Source of the DNA: Leucoraja ocellata
Taxonomy: Eukaryota
NCBI GenBank assembly: GCA_036785375.1
Contig: JAWMAR010000191.1
Coordinates: 2,170,001-2,234,000 of the forward strand
DNA: 64,000 bases
Direction: 5' to 3'
The translations under genes and the position numbers were made by a program. A model generated the notes under the pieces. It made no database searches and had not been told where the DNA came from. It saw only the letters and a list, made by a program, of their open reading frames with translations. Shown one piece after another: positions 49,940 through 62,480 of this stretch (position 1 is the first letter of the stretch; every line of letters begins with the position of its first letter).

Positions 49940-50252
49940 GGGGTGGCACAGCTGGTAGAGCCGCTGCCTCATAGCACCAGAGACCCGGGTTTGATGCTGA
50001 CCTCGGGCACTGTCTGTGTGGGGTTTGCAGGTTCTCCCTGTGACTCTGTGGGCTTTCTCCGGGTGCTCCGGTTTCCTCCCACCTCCCAAAGCCTTGTGGG
50101 TTTGTAGGTTAATTGGCATCTGCAAATTGCCCCTGGTATGCAGGGAGTGGATGCGAAAGTGGAAGATCATAGAACATAGAACTAGTGTGAACGGTTACTC
50201 GATGGTTGGCGTGGACAGAGGGCCAATGGCCTGTTCCCATGCTGTATCTGTC
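49940..50252 (+). mobile_element. V-SINE (HE1-like)
   Basis: ggtggcacagctggtagagc head and V-domain gggtgctccggtttcctcccac. Confidence 0.85.
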
Positions 50253-50345
50253 AATTTCAATTGAAATTTCAGGAAACTTGGACCACAGTGTTCTGGGAGT
50301 GAACATTCTTGCTCACTCCCAGAACACATGATCCTCCCTGCATTA

Positions 50346-50733
50346 ACATAGAAACATAGAAAATAGGTGCAGGAGTAGGCCATTTGGCCCTTCGAGCCTG
50401 CACCGCCATTCAATATGATCCTGGCTGATCATCCAACTTAGTATCCCGTACCTGCCTTCTCTCCATACCCCCTGATCCCTTTAGCCACAAGGGCCACATC
50501 TAACTCCCTCTTAAATATAGCCAATGAACTGGCCTCAACTACATTCTGTGGCAGAGAATTCCAGAGATTCACCACTCTCTGTGTGAAAAATGTTTTTCTC
50601 ATCTCAGTCCTAAAAGATTTCCCCCTTATCCGTAAACTGTGACCCCTTGTTCTGGACTTCCCCAACATCGGGAACAATCTTCTTGCATCTATCCTGTCCA
50701 ACGCCTTAAGAATTTTGTAAGTTTCTATAAGAT
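50346..50733 (-). mobile_element. Young CR1 3' fragment
   Basis: ORF 50438-50701, near-identical to 31209-31597 and 32556-32934. Confidence 0.9.
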
Positions 50734-50937
50734 TAAGCTAAATTGAAGCTCTGTCAGGTGAGACCTATGCTTAATTTTAATTGTTTGAGTCCCAAACACT
50801 ACAAAACCTCCACCACCCCAACATCACTGCCAACCCTCTGATTTCATGATGTTGATAATCCATTAACTACCTGACCCTGTGATCTCATTTGGTTCACAAA
50901 CGGAGATTCAACCTCCACAACCATTACACCCAGTGCC

Positions 50938-51225
50938 AGCATGGTGTCCCAGCAGTAGAGTTATTGCCTTGCAGCGCCAGAGACCTGAGTTCGATCCTGA
51001 CTACATGTGCTTGTCTGTACGGAGTTTGGACGTTCTCCCCAAGACCTGCGTGGGTTTTCTCCAGGATCTCCGTTTTCATCCCACACTCCAAAGACATACA
51101 GATGTGTAGGGTAATTGGCTTGGTATAATTGTAAATTGTCCCTAGTGTGTGCAGGATAGTGTAAGTGTGCGAGGGTCGCTGGTCGGTGCCGACAGTGTTT
51201 CCCCTCTGTATCGCTAAACTAAACC
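50938..51225 (+). mobile_element. V-SINE (HE1-like)
   Basis: gagttcgatcc B-box-like motif, V-domain and taaact tail. Confidence 0.8.
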
Positions 51226-51808
51226 AAAATAAACCCGGTTCCCTGAACCGGATTTTGATCATTGGTGCCATTCTTTTCAGTAAGGTGAAGACTGGGATCA
51301 CTCACCAAAATCGTATTCACCCATGATGATGCAAGCTCCGACCTTTCTCCCCACCCCAACACAAGCACGATTCAGGCTATAATTAATCTTCCCCAACCGT
51401 CCCACCCTCTACACAGCTGGCAAGCCTTTGATCCATCCCTCTCCACCACACCCATTCACAAACAGGTTGCACGTCTCACTCTAACCCCTTCCCCAACCAC
51501 ATAAAATGCTCAGAATCAACTTCCTCCCCACAACCCCACATCACCAGTCACAAGGCAGGCTCTGATCTATCACTCCTTTCTAGCCAAAGGCAAACAAGCC
51601 CTGTTGGAAGTTTTTAAACCATTCACTTCTCTTCAAGTTAAAGCCAGGGTAGCACTGAGGGAGACACTGAAATGTATCTGCACACAGGAGACAGATGTCC
51701 AACTGATGTTTTATATTACTGTTCTTAGAAATGTGTTCCATGTGTCCTGCAGCAGGTTTTAGTTTTTTTTCAGGAGAATGCTTTTTTTATTAAATTTGGA
51801 GACCTGTC

Positions 51809-51991
51809 NNNNNNNNNNNNNNNNNNNNNNNNNNNNNNNNNNNNNNNNNNNNNNNNNNNNNNNNNNNNNNNNNNNNNNNNNNNNNNNNNNNNNNNNNNNN
51901 NNNNNNNNNNNNNNNNNNNNNNNNNNNNNNNNNNNNNNNNNNNNNNNNNNNNNNNNNNNNNNNNNNNNNNNNNNNNNNNNNNNNNNNNNNN
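51809..51991. other. Assembly gap (183 N)
   Basis: Run of n. Confidence 1.
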
Positions 51992-52311
51992 CAAATACCA
52001 TTGAAATAATAGTTCTTGTGAAATGATTGCAATTCTTTCTTTCATTGACCCTGCACTGTTGGCATCTCTCTCATTGTTCGTGGAATATGGTTGTGATCAC
52101 ATGTCGAGGTCAAGGAGAGTCGAGGCACTCAGTGGAAATGCTGCTAGCTGACGCCATGACGAGAATAATGACCTTAGACTGCTCACACAGTGTGTTCATC
52201 ATGTATATTATTAACACTAATAAATGCCAGGCAATGATTTAAAACCTGCAGCCAAGTCTCAGTGTTTGGGGATTAATTATATGGAGAACAACAGCTTCTA
52301 AGTATTTATTC

Positions 52312-52640
52312 AGAGTCATACAGCACAGAAGCTGGCCCTTCTGCCCAACTCCTCCATGCTGAGCCCAACTCGTCCATGCCCCCATTAGTCCCAGTTGCCT
52401 GTATTCAGCCCATATTCCTCCAGATCTTTCCTATCTATGCAGATGCCCAAGTACCATTTAAATGTTACAGTACCTCGTTTGGCAGTTTATTCTTGATATA
52501 TACCACCCTCTGAGTGAAGAACCTGTCCCTTTGGTTCCTATTAAAATCTTTCCCCTCTCACATTGAATCTAGAACCCTCTGGTTCTTGATTCCCTTACCC
52601 CGGGTAAAAGCCTCTACGCACTCACCCTATCAATTCTAGC
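52312..52640 (-). mobile_element. Degenerate CR1 3' fragment
   Basis: agagtcatacagcacagaa tail and accaccctctgagtgaaga (FTQRVV on -). Confidence 0.7.
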
Positions 52641-53539
52641 ATTCACCCTATCAATTTCAATTCATTTGATTCCAAAGTTATGACTTCATCAGGACAGAAT
52701 TTGCTGTTAATCCCCACAGATAACAATGATTTGCAAAATATCCAATTCAGAAAACAAGCTATATGCAACGAGTGGAACACTATCATCAGATACCTCATAA
52801 TTGTTACATTTTCTATTTGTTTGCTTCTAGTTTCCAGCACTCTTTTTTCTCATCTCACTTTATTTTGAAATTGATCCAGCAAATTTAGATGATGTCATGA
52901 ATACTGAAACAAACTCATAGTGGCTCTTGTGAGTCACCTAAACTCCCAGATTAGATTACAATTTTGTAATATCTGTTAGGTTTCCATTATTCTTCTTATG
53001 AGCCATCTCAACTTCGATATTGCATTACTGCTTTGGAATCACTCCCAGGTATCCATTATTCCGATGTTTACTGATCCCGATTGAATAGTAATGCAGCCTG
53101 TAAGTGCAGATGAACTGAAGTCATTACTCCAATTGTACATTGTCATCGGCACCAGGTTTTCATTGGGACAGAAGAGAATCTAAAATTATACCACTCAGCT
53201 CTTTAGGATTAAATCTATTAACAAACAATACCAGGGGCTTTTGTAAAATCCACTCAAACAGCCACATTAACTAAACTTCATGTGCACACGAACTCTAATT
53301 ACACTGCTGGCTAAATACCACACATGCAAATTGAAGTCAGGCTGTGATTTTTGCTCAAAGTTGTTCCAGCAGATTTTTCAGTAATGGGTCAGTTGCTGCA
53401 CAGCTGAGGATAATGAAGCCCTGAGACTGTATCGGCTCTGCTGTAAATAGGTATGTTTTCCATGAGAATGAATGGGAAGACATCATAATAAAAATGTCCT
53501 ATTAATTGGCACTTACTAAACATAGTTTAATATACTTAA

Positions 53540-54040
53540 CAGCAAATTCCCAATATCCCAGGGTGCTTTACAGCTGAGGGAGTCTGGGGTTTAATAATGT
53601 GTTGTCACTGCTGTGAAGAAGGAAATATGGCAACCAGTTTGGACAAGGCAAGCTTCAACAGGCCAATAGCAAAAGGATAATGACCAAATAATCTGCTGCA
53701 TGATTATGGATTAAGGGAATACATTTTGCATTTGACAATGGAATTAACTGTCTATCTCTTTTTCAAAATCATTGCATAAGTCTTTAAACATCCATCTGAG
53801 AAGGCAGACAAGAACACAGATTAGCACAGAGAGTCATAGTGTCAGTCAGCATGGAAACAAGCCCTTCAGGCCAACTTGTCCACACTGATTAATATATCCT
53901 ATTGACACTGGTCCCACCTCATCTCATTCAAATGATAGCATAACAATATTAGACTGAAAGTTCAGACCAGACTTTTCTGTCCATTTTCTTCACAGAGGGT
54001 CTTGATTGCAACTAGTAAAATTGCTACCAATGAAGACTAT
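53540..54040 (-). mobile_element. Probable DeuSINE relic with a nested CR1-type tail (about 53830-53920)
   Basis: gtgctttacagc...gtcactgctgtgaa...ataatgaccaaataatctg...catccatctgagaaggcagac resembles the SacSINE1/AmnSINE1 consensus as I recall it. Confidence 0.45.
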
Positions 54041-54889
54041 TCTTCCCTCGCTGAATATATGGATTTATGCATCTAATTAGAATCAACATTATTTGTAGAA
54101 AGGAAGTATTAATGATAACGGAGTAAAGTCTCCATCCTTTAGTTAGAGTGATTAATTGTAGGTCAACATCCAATGTCCCTGAAAAGGTACAGCTTAACAA
54201 TTAGAAGTTAACTTTTTGAACTAATACAAATAGTCTCTTTTCCCAAATCATTATTGTAAAGATAATTACAAGTCCAAAGTTCACATTTCACAATCCCGTA
54301 GAGAATTAGAGAGAACATTCTGTGGCCCAAACCTGCAGTCTTTGTGGAAAACGATTCATCAATGATTGTAGGAAGTAGAATTACCATTTCCTACTGAAAT
54401 CCAAGATAGACAGTGAATAGGATTTGTGAAGGGCGCGATCAAGTCCTGAGAACAGACCTTTGATTTCACGTTAATCAAAATTCCTTGCCACTCTGCAACA
54501 AGTACATATCAAAAAGCAGAGAACTACTGTGGGGAAAAAAGTGACTTTTGTTTTGAATTCTCTTGGCTGTTTGGTTATGGTAGCATGTTCTGATTTGGCC
54601 TAAAATGGCAGACTGTCACCTTCAGGCTGGTGCTTTGTCAAACACTACGTTCAAAAGAGTCAATCAATGGCAGACAGGTGTTGCACACTATTTTAATGTG
54701 TACATTTGGGAGATTTATGTACTGTTCAGCTTTTGGCTGTGTAAGGAAATGTTTAAAAGTGCCAATCTGTAGCCCGAAAAATACTTAATCTTACAAAGCA
54801 AATTTTATTTTAAGATGCATTTATTTTATCTCGCAGTGAATATTTAAGTAAGTTACACAATGAATTCATGACTAAATAAGGTAAAGAGA

Positions 54890-55340
54890 CCTGGAACAAA
54901 GAAACAGATTGCTGGAAGAACGCAACAAGTCAAATAGCATTGGTGGAGCTAAAGGGGGAAGTCAATATTTTGGGTCGAGATTCTGTATTGGCTGAATTCC
55001 AGATTCCAGCATCTGCAGAAACAAGGAACTGCAGATGCTGATTTACAACAAACAAAACACAAAGTGCTGGAGTAACTCAGCAGGCCAGGCAGCATCTTGG
55101 AACGATATGGATTGGCGACGCTTCGGGTCAAGTCCTTTTTTCTGAAAAAGCGTCCCAACATGCAACATCAACTATTCGTGTTCTCCAGATATGCTGCCCG
55201 ACCTGTTGAGTTACTCCAGCATTTGTGTCCTTTTTCGAGCATCCGCAGTCTCTTTTATCATCATGGATAAAGAGATGTTCCTGACTTACTGAGTATTTCC
55301 AGGATTTGCAGTTATAATTTCAGATTTCCAGTATCTGAAA
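54890..55340. mobile_element. Cluster of nested/inverted Penelope-related repeats
   Basis: aggaactgcagatgctg...gctggagtaactcagcagg paired with cctgttgagttactccagc. The hammerhead boxes are degenerate. Confidence 0.65.
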
Positions 55341-56169
55341 GTTTTTTTTTAATCTTCACTAAAAATATCTGCTACTGCTTTTTAGGACCTTATTTCCTCT
55401 CAAAGTCCTGAAGTATTCATGGAATATTCTTGAAATTCTTATTGCCACAGTTATTGCCACATTTGACATCTATTCACATCAAACAATACATCTTGTAACC
55501 TTAAAACTGTCTGGACCCAAACCCCGCTTCCAGAGTGTTCAGAACAGTGCACAAACACACTGTGCAGTTCATTTTCAACACCAACACATGTACAATGATT
55601 ATGCATTTCTTAAAGAGCAGCTTAATTACTGCCTTGTTAGAAGATGTAGAAGTCCTGATTTACCATAACATATGGTATTTTAAAGCAGAGATTGACAGGT
55701 TTTTGATTAGGAAGAGTGTCAAAGGTTATGGAGCCAAGTCTGTAGAACGGGGTTGAGAGTGTAAACAAGATCAGCCATGATTGAATGACTCGATAGGCTG
55801 AATGGCCTACTTCTCTTATGTCTTGTGGTCATATGGTTGGATAATTAAGGAAAGCTCATGTGAAGGTCAATTGTCAAAGCTTCCAAATTTGCTTTTTTTC
55901 CTCGCCTGATCGCTTACCTGCCTTCTGACATTTGCAGTTCTGATTGTATACATAGGCAATCTCTCATAGGCCCTCAGCCAACACAACTGCAAAATGGCCA
56001 CCAGGAGAAACCAGGAGATAACTGGATTTATTTGCTTCATTTCCTGTTTTCCATAAGTCATTAATATGGCTCTGTTTGATCATTCTCTGGCTTGATAGTG
56101 GCCAACTAATAACAATCAGACTGTCCACAAGTTCAAATCCCAACCTACTGTTCTTGGTTTTCAAAGGAT

Positions 56170-56330
56170 ACAATAGACAATAGACAATAGGCAATAGGTG
56201 CAGGAGTAGGCAATTTGGCTCTTCGAGCCAGCACCACCATTCAATGTGATCATGGCTGATCATCCCCAATCAGTACCCCGTTCCTGCCTTCTCCCCATAT
56301 CCCCTGACTCCGCTATTTTTAAGAGCCCTT
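56170..56330 (-). mobile_element. CR1 3' end
   Basis: (caataga)n tail plus ggtgcaggagtaggc...cagtaccccgttcctgccttctcccc. Confidence 0.8.
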
Positions 56331-57421
56331 GAGTTAAGATACCTTAACTCAAATTGACTAAACCTGACAGGGGCCATTTGGGCTATAGTACCATCATGTG
56401 GGAAGCCCAGAAAACAATCCACCCATATAACAGTGAAGAAAATGTTGACAGTCAAGTAGGCCAGCTTAGCCTGTTGTCAAACCAGTCAACACTATGAATG
56501 TCATTGAATGCTTGCTAGATGTACTTATCAACGGGTTTCTGAAGCAAACAACAACATCCAGGTATAGAGTTCCCTTAAAGTGATGGAAAAAGTCCCAAAG
56601 CCACTTTATAGAAACCTTATCAAACAAAAATATAATCTGGATTGTGCACTTTCATATGAAAAATAGAAAGCTAAAATACATTTTTTAAGTGATAAGAAGC
56701 AACTACATTTTAATGTACAGAGGATTGCTTGCCATTACTTCACGTCACATCAAGCAAACAAAAGGTGAAACAAGCAATTGGGAAGGGCAAAAGGTATAAT
56801 GGCCTTCCCAGTCAATGGGTTGGAATACCAAACAAGGACCTCTGACCAAGATTACACTTGGTTTTGGAGAACTCACTTGGAGTGCTCTGTCCAGTTTCCA
56901 TTATTGAGTGGGTTTCCGTGATTAACAGACTTGATGCCAACAGATTGCCTTTCCCAGAACAGGGTCACAATCTCAGACCATTAAGGACTGAGAAAAAGAT
57001 ACATTTCTTTACACAGAAGATTGGGTGAGTTGTTGGAAACTTTATAACAGAGAGCAGCAAATGCTCAATAAATGAATCCAAGACTGGATGTCAGTCAAAG
57101 CATCAACCCTGATTGCATTGAATGTCAGAGCACATTATGGGATTATGTGGCCTTCTACTATTTTCATTTAGTATGTACTTCCATTAAATTGAGAGCAAAG
57201 TCACACAATGAGAAATTAGGGCACATCACCCAAATGGACTATTGGTGTCTTAAAAGAAAGAAATGTTGAGAAAATCTTGGGATAGAGTCCTCGTGTTTGA
57301 GGCAGATGCTGGAGTTAGAAAAAACAGAAATGTGCTAGGAATTGGACCTGCACAAGCACTTAGATGGGATTTAGGGGCTGGAGGAAGTTCTAAAGATAGA
57401 CTGCGTTTGAAATAGAAATAA

Positions 57422-57560
57422 TAGTCATAGTCATAGAGTGATACAGTATGAAAACAGGCCCTTTGGCCCAACTTGCCCACAGCTGCCAACATGTCCAAGT
57501 TACACTAGTCCCACCTGCCTGCGCTTGTTCCATATCCCTCCATCCCTACTATCCATGTAG
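57422..57560 (-). mobile_element. CR1 3' end
   Basis: (tagtca)n tail plus aacaggccctttggcccaacttgccc. Confidence 0.7.
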
Positions 57561-58482
57561 ATAAGTTTGAAGCTGAAGCTGAAGGGTGGCATGAGTGGTA
57601 GGTTCATCAGATTTGTATGAGTTAGGACATGGGCAGAAGTGTTGAGGATACAGTTTAGAAAACTCTAAGTTTAGTTGGCCCTCTGTTTGTTTTTTTTTGA
57701 GGGACTAGAAGCATCTTCAGTGCACCCCGATTTATCCCGTGGAGTTCCTGTTCCTGGTTGCCATCTGGTGGCTCTAATGGAAAGTGCACATTTTGTGATT
57801 TGGGGATCAGCATCGACGACACCTCTATTCAGCCTTGTGAACAATAGCCTCCTGACGAGATATTAAAAGTAGAAAGAAGTGGGAGAAAAGTGAAAATAAA
57901 TGAAACACACCAAAAATAAATAATGATTATAGTGCAGAGATAGGAAGCAACTATGATCAAATGTGAAAGATCATCAATGTAATGTTCACATTTATCAATG
58001 TTTTGAACAGCTTGCAGCATTCAAAGGGTTAAGTAAGTAAGCTTTGTTAATAAAGTTCTGTGCAAGTGGTTATGTTATTTGATAGTTTTGCTTAAACAGG
58101 ATTCATTCTGTTTAATTAACATATCGAGCTGTGTTGTCTTTTATTATGAATGTGGCTGCAGCCTAATCTATCTTCATACGACAGAATGATATTAGTGAGA
58201 AGAATGCGCTCTTCTGTCTCTTATTTCTTTCTTTCACATAAATTACTTTAATCTGCTAATATTTTTATGAAGGAGATCAGCTTTGTGTTCCCAAGATCAG
58301 TTGAAAGTTGTTTGAGGATGTGCTGTGAAAAGAACTGGGGGAATAGCTATGTTTGCTCCTCTCCTAAAAAGATGTCGAAACTAAGACAATTAACTATTTC
58401 AATGCTGTATGTCAGAACATTTGCTAGACAAGTGTAACTATAGACCAAATGTAATTAGACTAAGGCACAAAAAGAAACCTAA

Positions 58483-59216
58483 AGGGGCTGTCCCACTTGG
58501 GCGACCTAATCCGCGAGTCCAGAACAGTGTCTTCGACTTTCAAGCTCGAGGGCACACGCCTGGAAAGCCTCAAACTGGATCGATCGTCCGCGTTGAAACT
58601 GCGAGCTGGATCAACCGACCACACGTGCACACACACACACGAACAAACACATTGCAAAGGCGGGGGCCAGGGAAAGCGGGGGAGCGCTGGCTGAAATTCA
58701 CACCCGCGATGATGAGGAAGGTAAAATGGCTGCATAGTAACGGTAAGTCCTTTAGAGAGCAGAGAGCGCGGGGGGGGGGGTGGAGGGGAGAGAAGGAGAG
58801 AGAAGGGGAGAGAAGGGGGGGGAGGAGAAGGAGTGGAGACACTTTAAAGAAGTATAATAACGTTTTAGTGGGCATTTTACCTTGGTCTTCCTTGGTCCTG
58901 AAAACTCCAATGAGCCAATCAAAACGGCCGGTCAGCGAAGGAGATTGCCTACGGTTGCCCTCGACTGCCTGTAACTAAATAGCGACCCCACTCCACTGCA
59001 CTACGAGTTAAAAAGACTCATGCCGACCAAATTTTACTTGGGGAAAATCTTTCAATATGCTGAAATAGTTTCTGCGACCTAGCTGAGGCCACGTGTTTTC
59101 GGGAACTTCCCTCGAGCATGAAGGAGAGTTCCAGCGACCACATAGGACCTCCTAGGACCACATGTCAACCACTCCTCGAAACTCGCAGATCAGGTCACCC
59201 AAGTGGGACAGCCCCT
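58483..59216. mobile_element. PIF/Harbinger-type non-autonomous DNA transposon (734 bp)
   Basis: TIRs aggggctgtcccacttgggcgacct / aggtcacccaagtgggacagcccct, flanked by TAA (58480-58482) and TGA (59217-59219). The interior is CpG-rich with (CA)n and G-rich tracts. Confidence 0.82.
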
Positions 59217-59219
59217 TGA

Positions 59220-59403
59220 GACAAAAAATGCTGCAGTAACTCAGCACGTCGGGCAGCTTCCCTGGAGAACATGGATAGGTGACGTTTCAGTTCGGGAGGG
59301 CCAACCCAAAACATCACATATCCATGTTCTCCAGGGATGCTGAGTTACTGCAGCATTTGGTGTCTTTCCTTGGTAAACCAGCAACTGCAGTTCCACATTT
59401 CTA
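59220..59403. mobile_element. Collapsed inverted Penelope-related pair
   Basis: aatgctgcagtaactcagca..ccctggagaacatggata / tatccatgttctccaggg..tgctgagttactgcagcatt. Confidence 0.7.
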
Positions 59404-59574
59404 CAAGTAAATAAAGTTATCTTGCAGATGGGCCAATGACGGAAGGAAAAAAGAGTAACAGTAAAAATCCCATCCAAGATCTAACCAATCTAGCTTTCAG
59501 CATCTAACATTTGTCCCTGAAACAGGCAGGCATTATCATTTCATGGCAAACTGGAGTCCTATGACTTTATTTGA

Positions 59575-60255
59575 TATCAAGTATCAAGTATCCTTTATTG
59601 TCATTCAGACTTTTCAGTCTGAACAAACTTCGTGCCTTGCAGTCAAAACATAGAATAAAATAACAAAACACACAATAAACACAGATTTAACATCCACCAC
59701 AGTGAGTCCACCAGGCACCTCCTCACTGTGATGGAAGGCAAAAGTCTTAAAGTCCTTGTCTCTTCCCTCCTTGTTCTCCCTCTGCTCTGAGGCGATCCAG
59801 GCCTCCGATGTTGTGACCCCGCCGGGTGATGGTAAGTAAGTCCCGCGGCTGAATCCGAGCTCCGCGAACGGGCCGGTTCAAACTACGCGGCCCAGGGCGG
59901 TCGACGCTGCCGAAGATGCTGCCCTCCAGTCCAGCGGACGAAGCTGTAGTTGCGGGAGCTCCAGAAAAACAGGTCACCAACCTGTGACCTGCGAGCTCCC
60001 GACGATGTCGTCTACTGGGCCCGCGTCCGAACCTCCGAGGCTTCAAAGTCAGGTCGCCGCCGCCGCAACTCCGCCACAGCCCCGAAGTCGGCCAGCCCCG
60101 CATTGGTAAGTCCTGGCTGGCTCTGCCTCTGGAGCCTCGAGGTTGGTCCCAGTTGGAGGCCGCCACCTCCGCCATTAGGCCTCAGCCTAGACAGAGACGA
60201 AGACGGGGGATACGACAAGAAAAGGTCGCATCCCCCCGAAGGAAGAGACCAAAAA
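59575..60255 (-). mobile_element. CpG-rich non-autonomous element with Rex1-like tail
   Basis: (tatcaag)2 tail, ctttattgtca, a hairpin tccaccacagtgag/ctcactgtgatgga (59693-59735) and a GC-rich body. Confidence 0.65.
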
Positions 60256-61039
60256 CATATTAGGAATGGTACATCCATCCCACATACACCTATATATCTT
60301 GCCATTTTAACTTAACTTGGTGGACAATTTAATCTGATGTGTTGAACACCAAATTCCCCAATTCTTCCTTTATATCATCACCTAAATCCATTTTGCGTCG
60401 CTCCCCCTGCAAATGCAACCCCTCAATGTTTTTCCTACTTCTAGCATTGTCCTCCTAGCTGCCTTCCAGCTTTCACCCATATAGATCTGACCTCTTACAA
60501 AACTCTGCTGCCAATATACTAATTCATACCAAATCATATTCAGGGATCGATTATCCCTGCCGTGATCCATTCCCATGCCAGCAATTACTCAATTTCAAAT
60601 TTTATGTCATGTCTCTAAACTTCTCCATGGTCTTACACCTTCTTGCTACTATAACTTCAATCAGATTCAGAGCATTGCAAAAATCCCCTGAAATTCTGCC
60701 CTCATCGAAGCACCATTGACAACCACACATTCATTTGCCCTGGCAAAATCTCTTGAGTCAAATCTCATGTCCCAAACTGGTCTAATTCTGTGCAGGATGC
60801 CCCAAAGGTGACATCAAGTGACTTTAAAATATGCTTTGATCCTACTCCAGCGCTTGGATGACACCATCCAAGGAGTAAAATAACTATTAATGCAAAAGCA
60901 TACGCTGACATGGTGTCTCAGCTGTGCCTTCCATTATTTGATGCATGAAATCACTGAACAAAGCCATTCTGGTAATTGTTGCTCAGGATGGGAAGGTGGG
61001 AGAGTGTAGCTTGTCTTTGTCTTTTATGAAATTTAGTTT

Positions 61040-61235
61040 TCTCCTGAGTTGTGCAGCAGGATTTGTTCTAGTCTTTTCACTCTTCCAGTTTATCCCCCCT
61101 CCCCACCCCCTCCCCTCCCGACTGAAGAAGGATTCCAACCAGAAACGACACTTGCTCCTTTTCTCCGGAGATGCTGCCTGGCCTTTGGTTACTCCAGCAT
61201 TATGTGTAAACTAGCATCCACAGTTCCTTCCTACA
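61040..61235 (+). mobile_element. Penelope-related repeat (degenerate)
   Basis: actgaagaaggattccaaccagaaacgac...gagatgctgcctg...ttactccagcat. Confidence 0.6.
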
Positions 61236-61911
61236 TATTCTGTCTGTCAGTGATTCCATTGTTAATGGTGTCAAGACATAGTGCATGCCTGGGTGAACAC
61301 AGCTGGTACTTGAGATTCTTTGACTAGTTTCATGTATGGATTGAATATGTGGAGAAGATGGAACATCTTTTTTCTACTAATGATGTTGCAGTCAGGAAGA
61401 AGCCATGTGGCTCATGCCTGCAGGTAAAAAGATGTACAAGATGATAAAACTGTTGGTTGCAGCCAAACTGGAAGAGAAAACATTTCAAGATTTGATTATA
61501 ACCGAGCTGAAACGTTGGAGACAACCTGCAGAATATTGTGAATATCAGACAGATGCAGAAGAGGTGTTCTAGGATCAGAATGTTTCTGGAATCAAGGGAG
61601 CAAAAGGAGCAGCTCAATGAGAAGAATTTGAAGAGCAAACAGGCAATTGGTATTTTTCAAGCAATGGAAACAGCGGTGTAGCAAGCACACAATTTGCAAC
61701 ATCTGCCTGCAGAGATTCAGATCATGAACAGACAAAGCCCAGTTCTTCAGTATCTTTAGGAGAAGGAAGAATAACTTAAAGGGAAGCAACCATCACTGTG
61801 GTGATGTGAATACAAGCATAAAATTGATGGTCATAATTATATCGGGGATGCATGTCAATATTTTGCCAAAGAGGAAGACGAGACAATGGCAAACACACAA
61901 CTGATTCAGTT

Positions 61912-62480
61912 TCAGATTAATGTATTATTATGTACACCAGGGTGCAATGAAAATCCTTGCTCACATGTAGCTCAAAGAATGAACAGGAGGTGGTAACGAT
62001 AGATACAAAAATAAATACGACGAGTGCAAAACAGTTGAATGGTGCAAAGATTGGAGTGCAATCTGAAGTAGTGGTGAAGGCCAATAGCAGAGTTACTGAA
62101 TGAGGTAGAGTTAAGAGTAACAGTATGTGGCAGCAAGGAATGGGAAATAAGTGATTGGTTCAGAAATCTCACTGCAGTAGGGATGAAGCTGTTCTTCAGC
62201 TGGAAGTCTGGGCTTTCAAGTTCTTGTATCTTCTCCCAGGAGGTAGAAAAGAGAAAACGGAATGGCCAGGGTGACGGACATTCTTGACAGTGCTTCCATC
62301 CTTCCTGATGTAACACATCTTGAACATGGACTGGATGGAAGGAAATAACGAGCTTGTGGTGGACTGGGCTGTGTTCACTGCTCCCTGCAGGTTCAGATGG
62401 TCAATAGCAGAGCAGTTACCTTACCAGGCTGAGATGCATCTCATCAGTATCCCATCTATAGAACGTCTGTAGAAGTTCAC
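61912..62480 (-). mobile_element. Rex1/Babar-type LINE 3' fragment
   Basis: ORF pieces HPGHSVFSFLPPGRRYKNLKAQT and LKNSFIPTAVRFLN. Confidence 0.75.

Noticed and set aside
51759-52045. ORFs containing X runs
   Set aside because: Produced by the N gap.
58409-58978. Longest ORF in the window (189 aa)
   Set aside because: Lies mostly within a GC-rich MITE with low-complexity tracts and has no transposase or other domain motif.
59747-60315. Overlapping GC-rich ORFs (also 16606-17085)
   Set aside because: Stop-poor because of high GC inside a repeat family; no recognisable protein.
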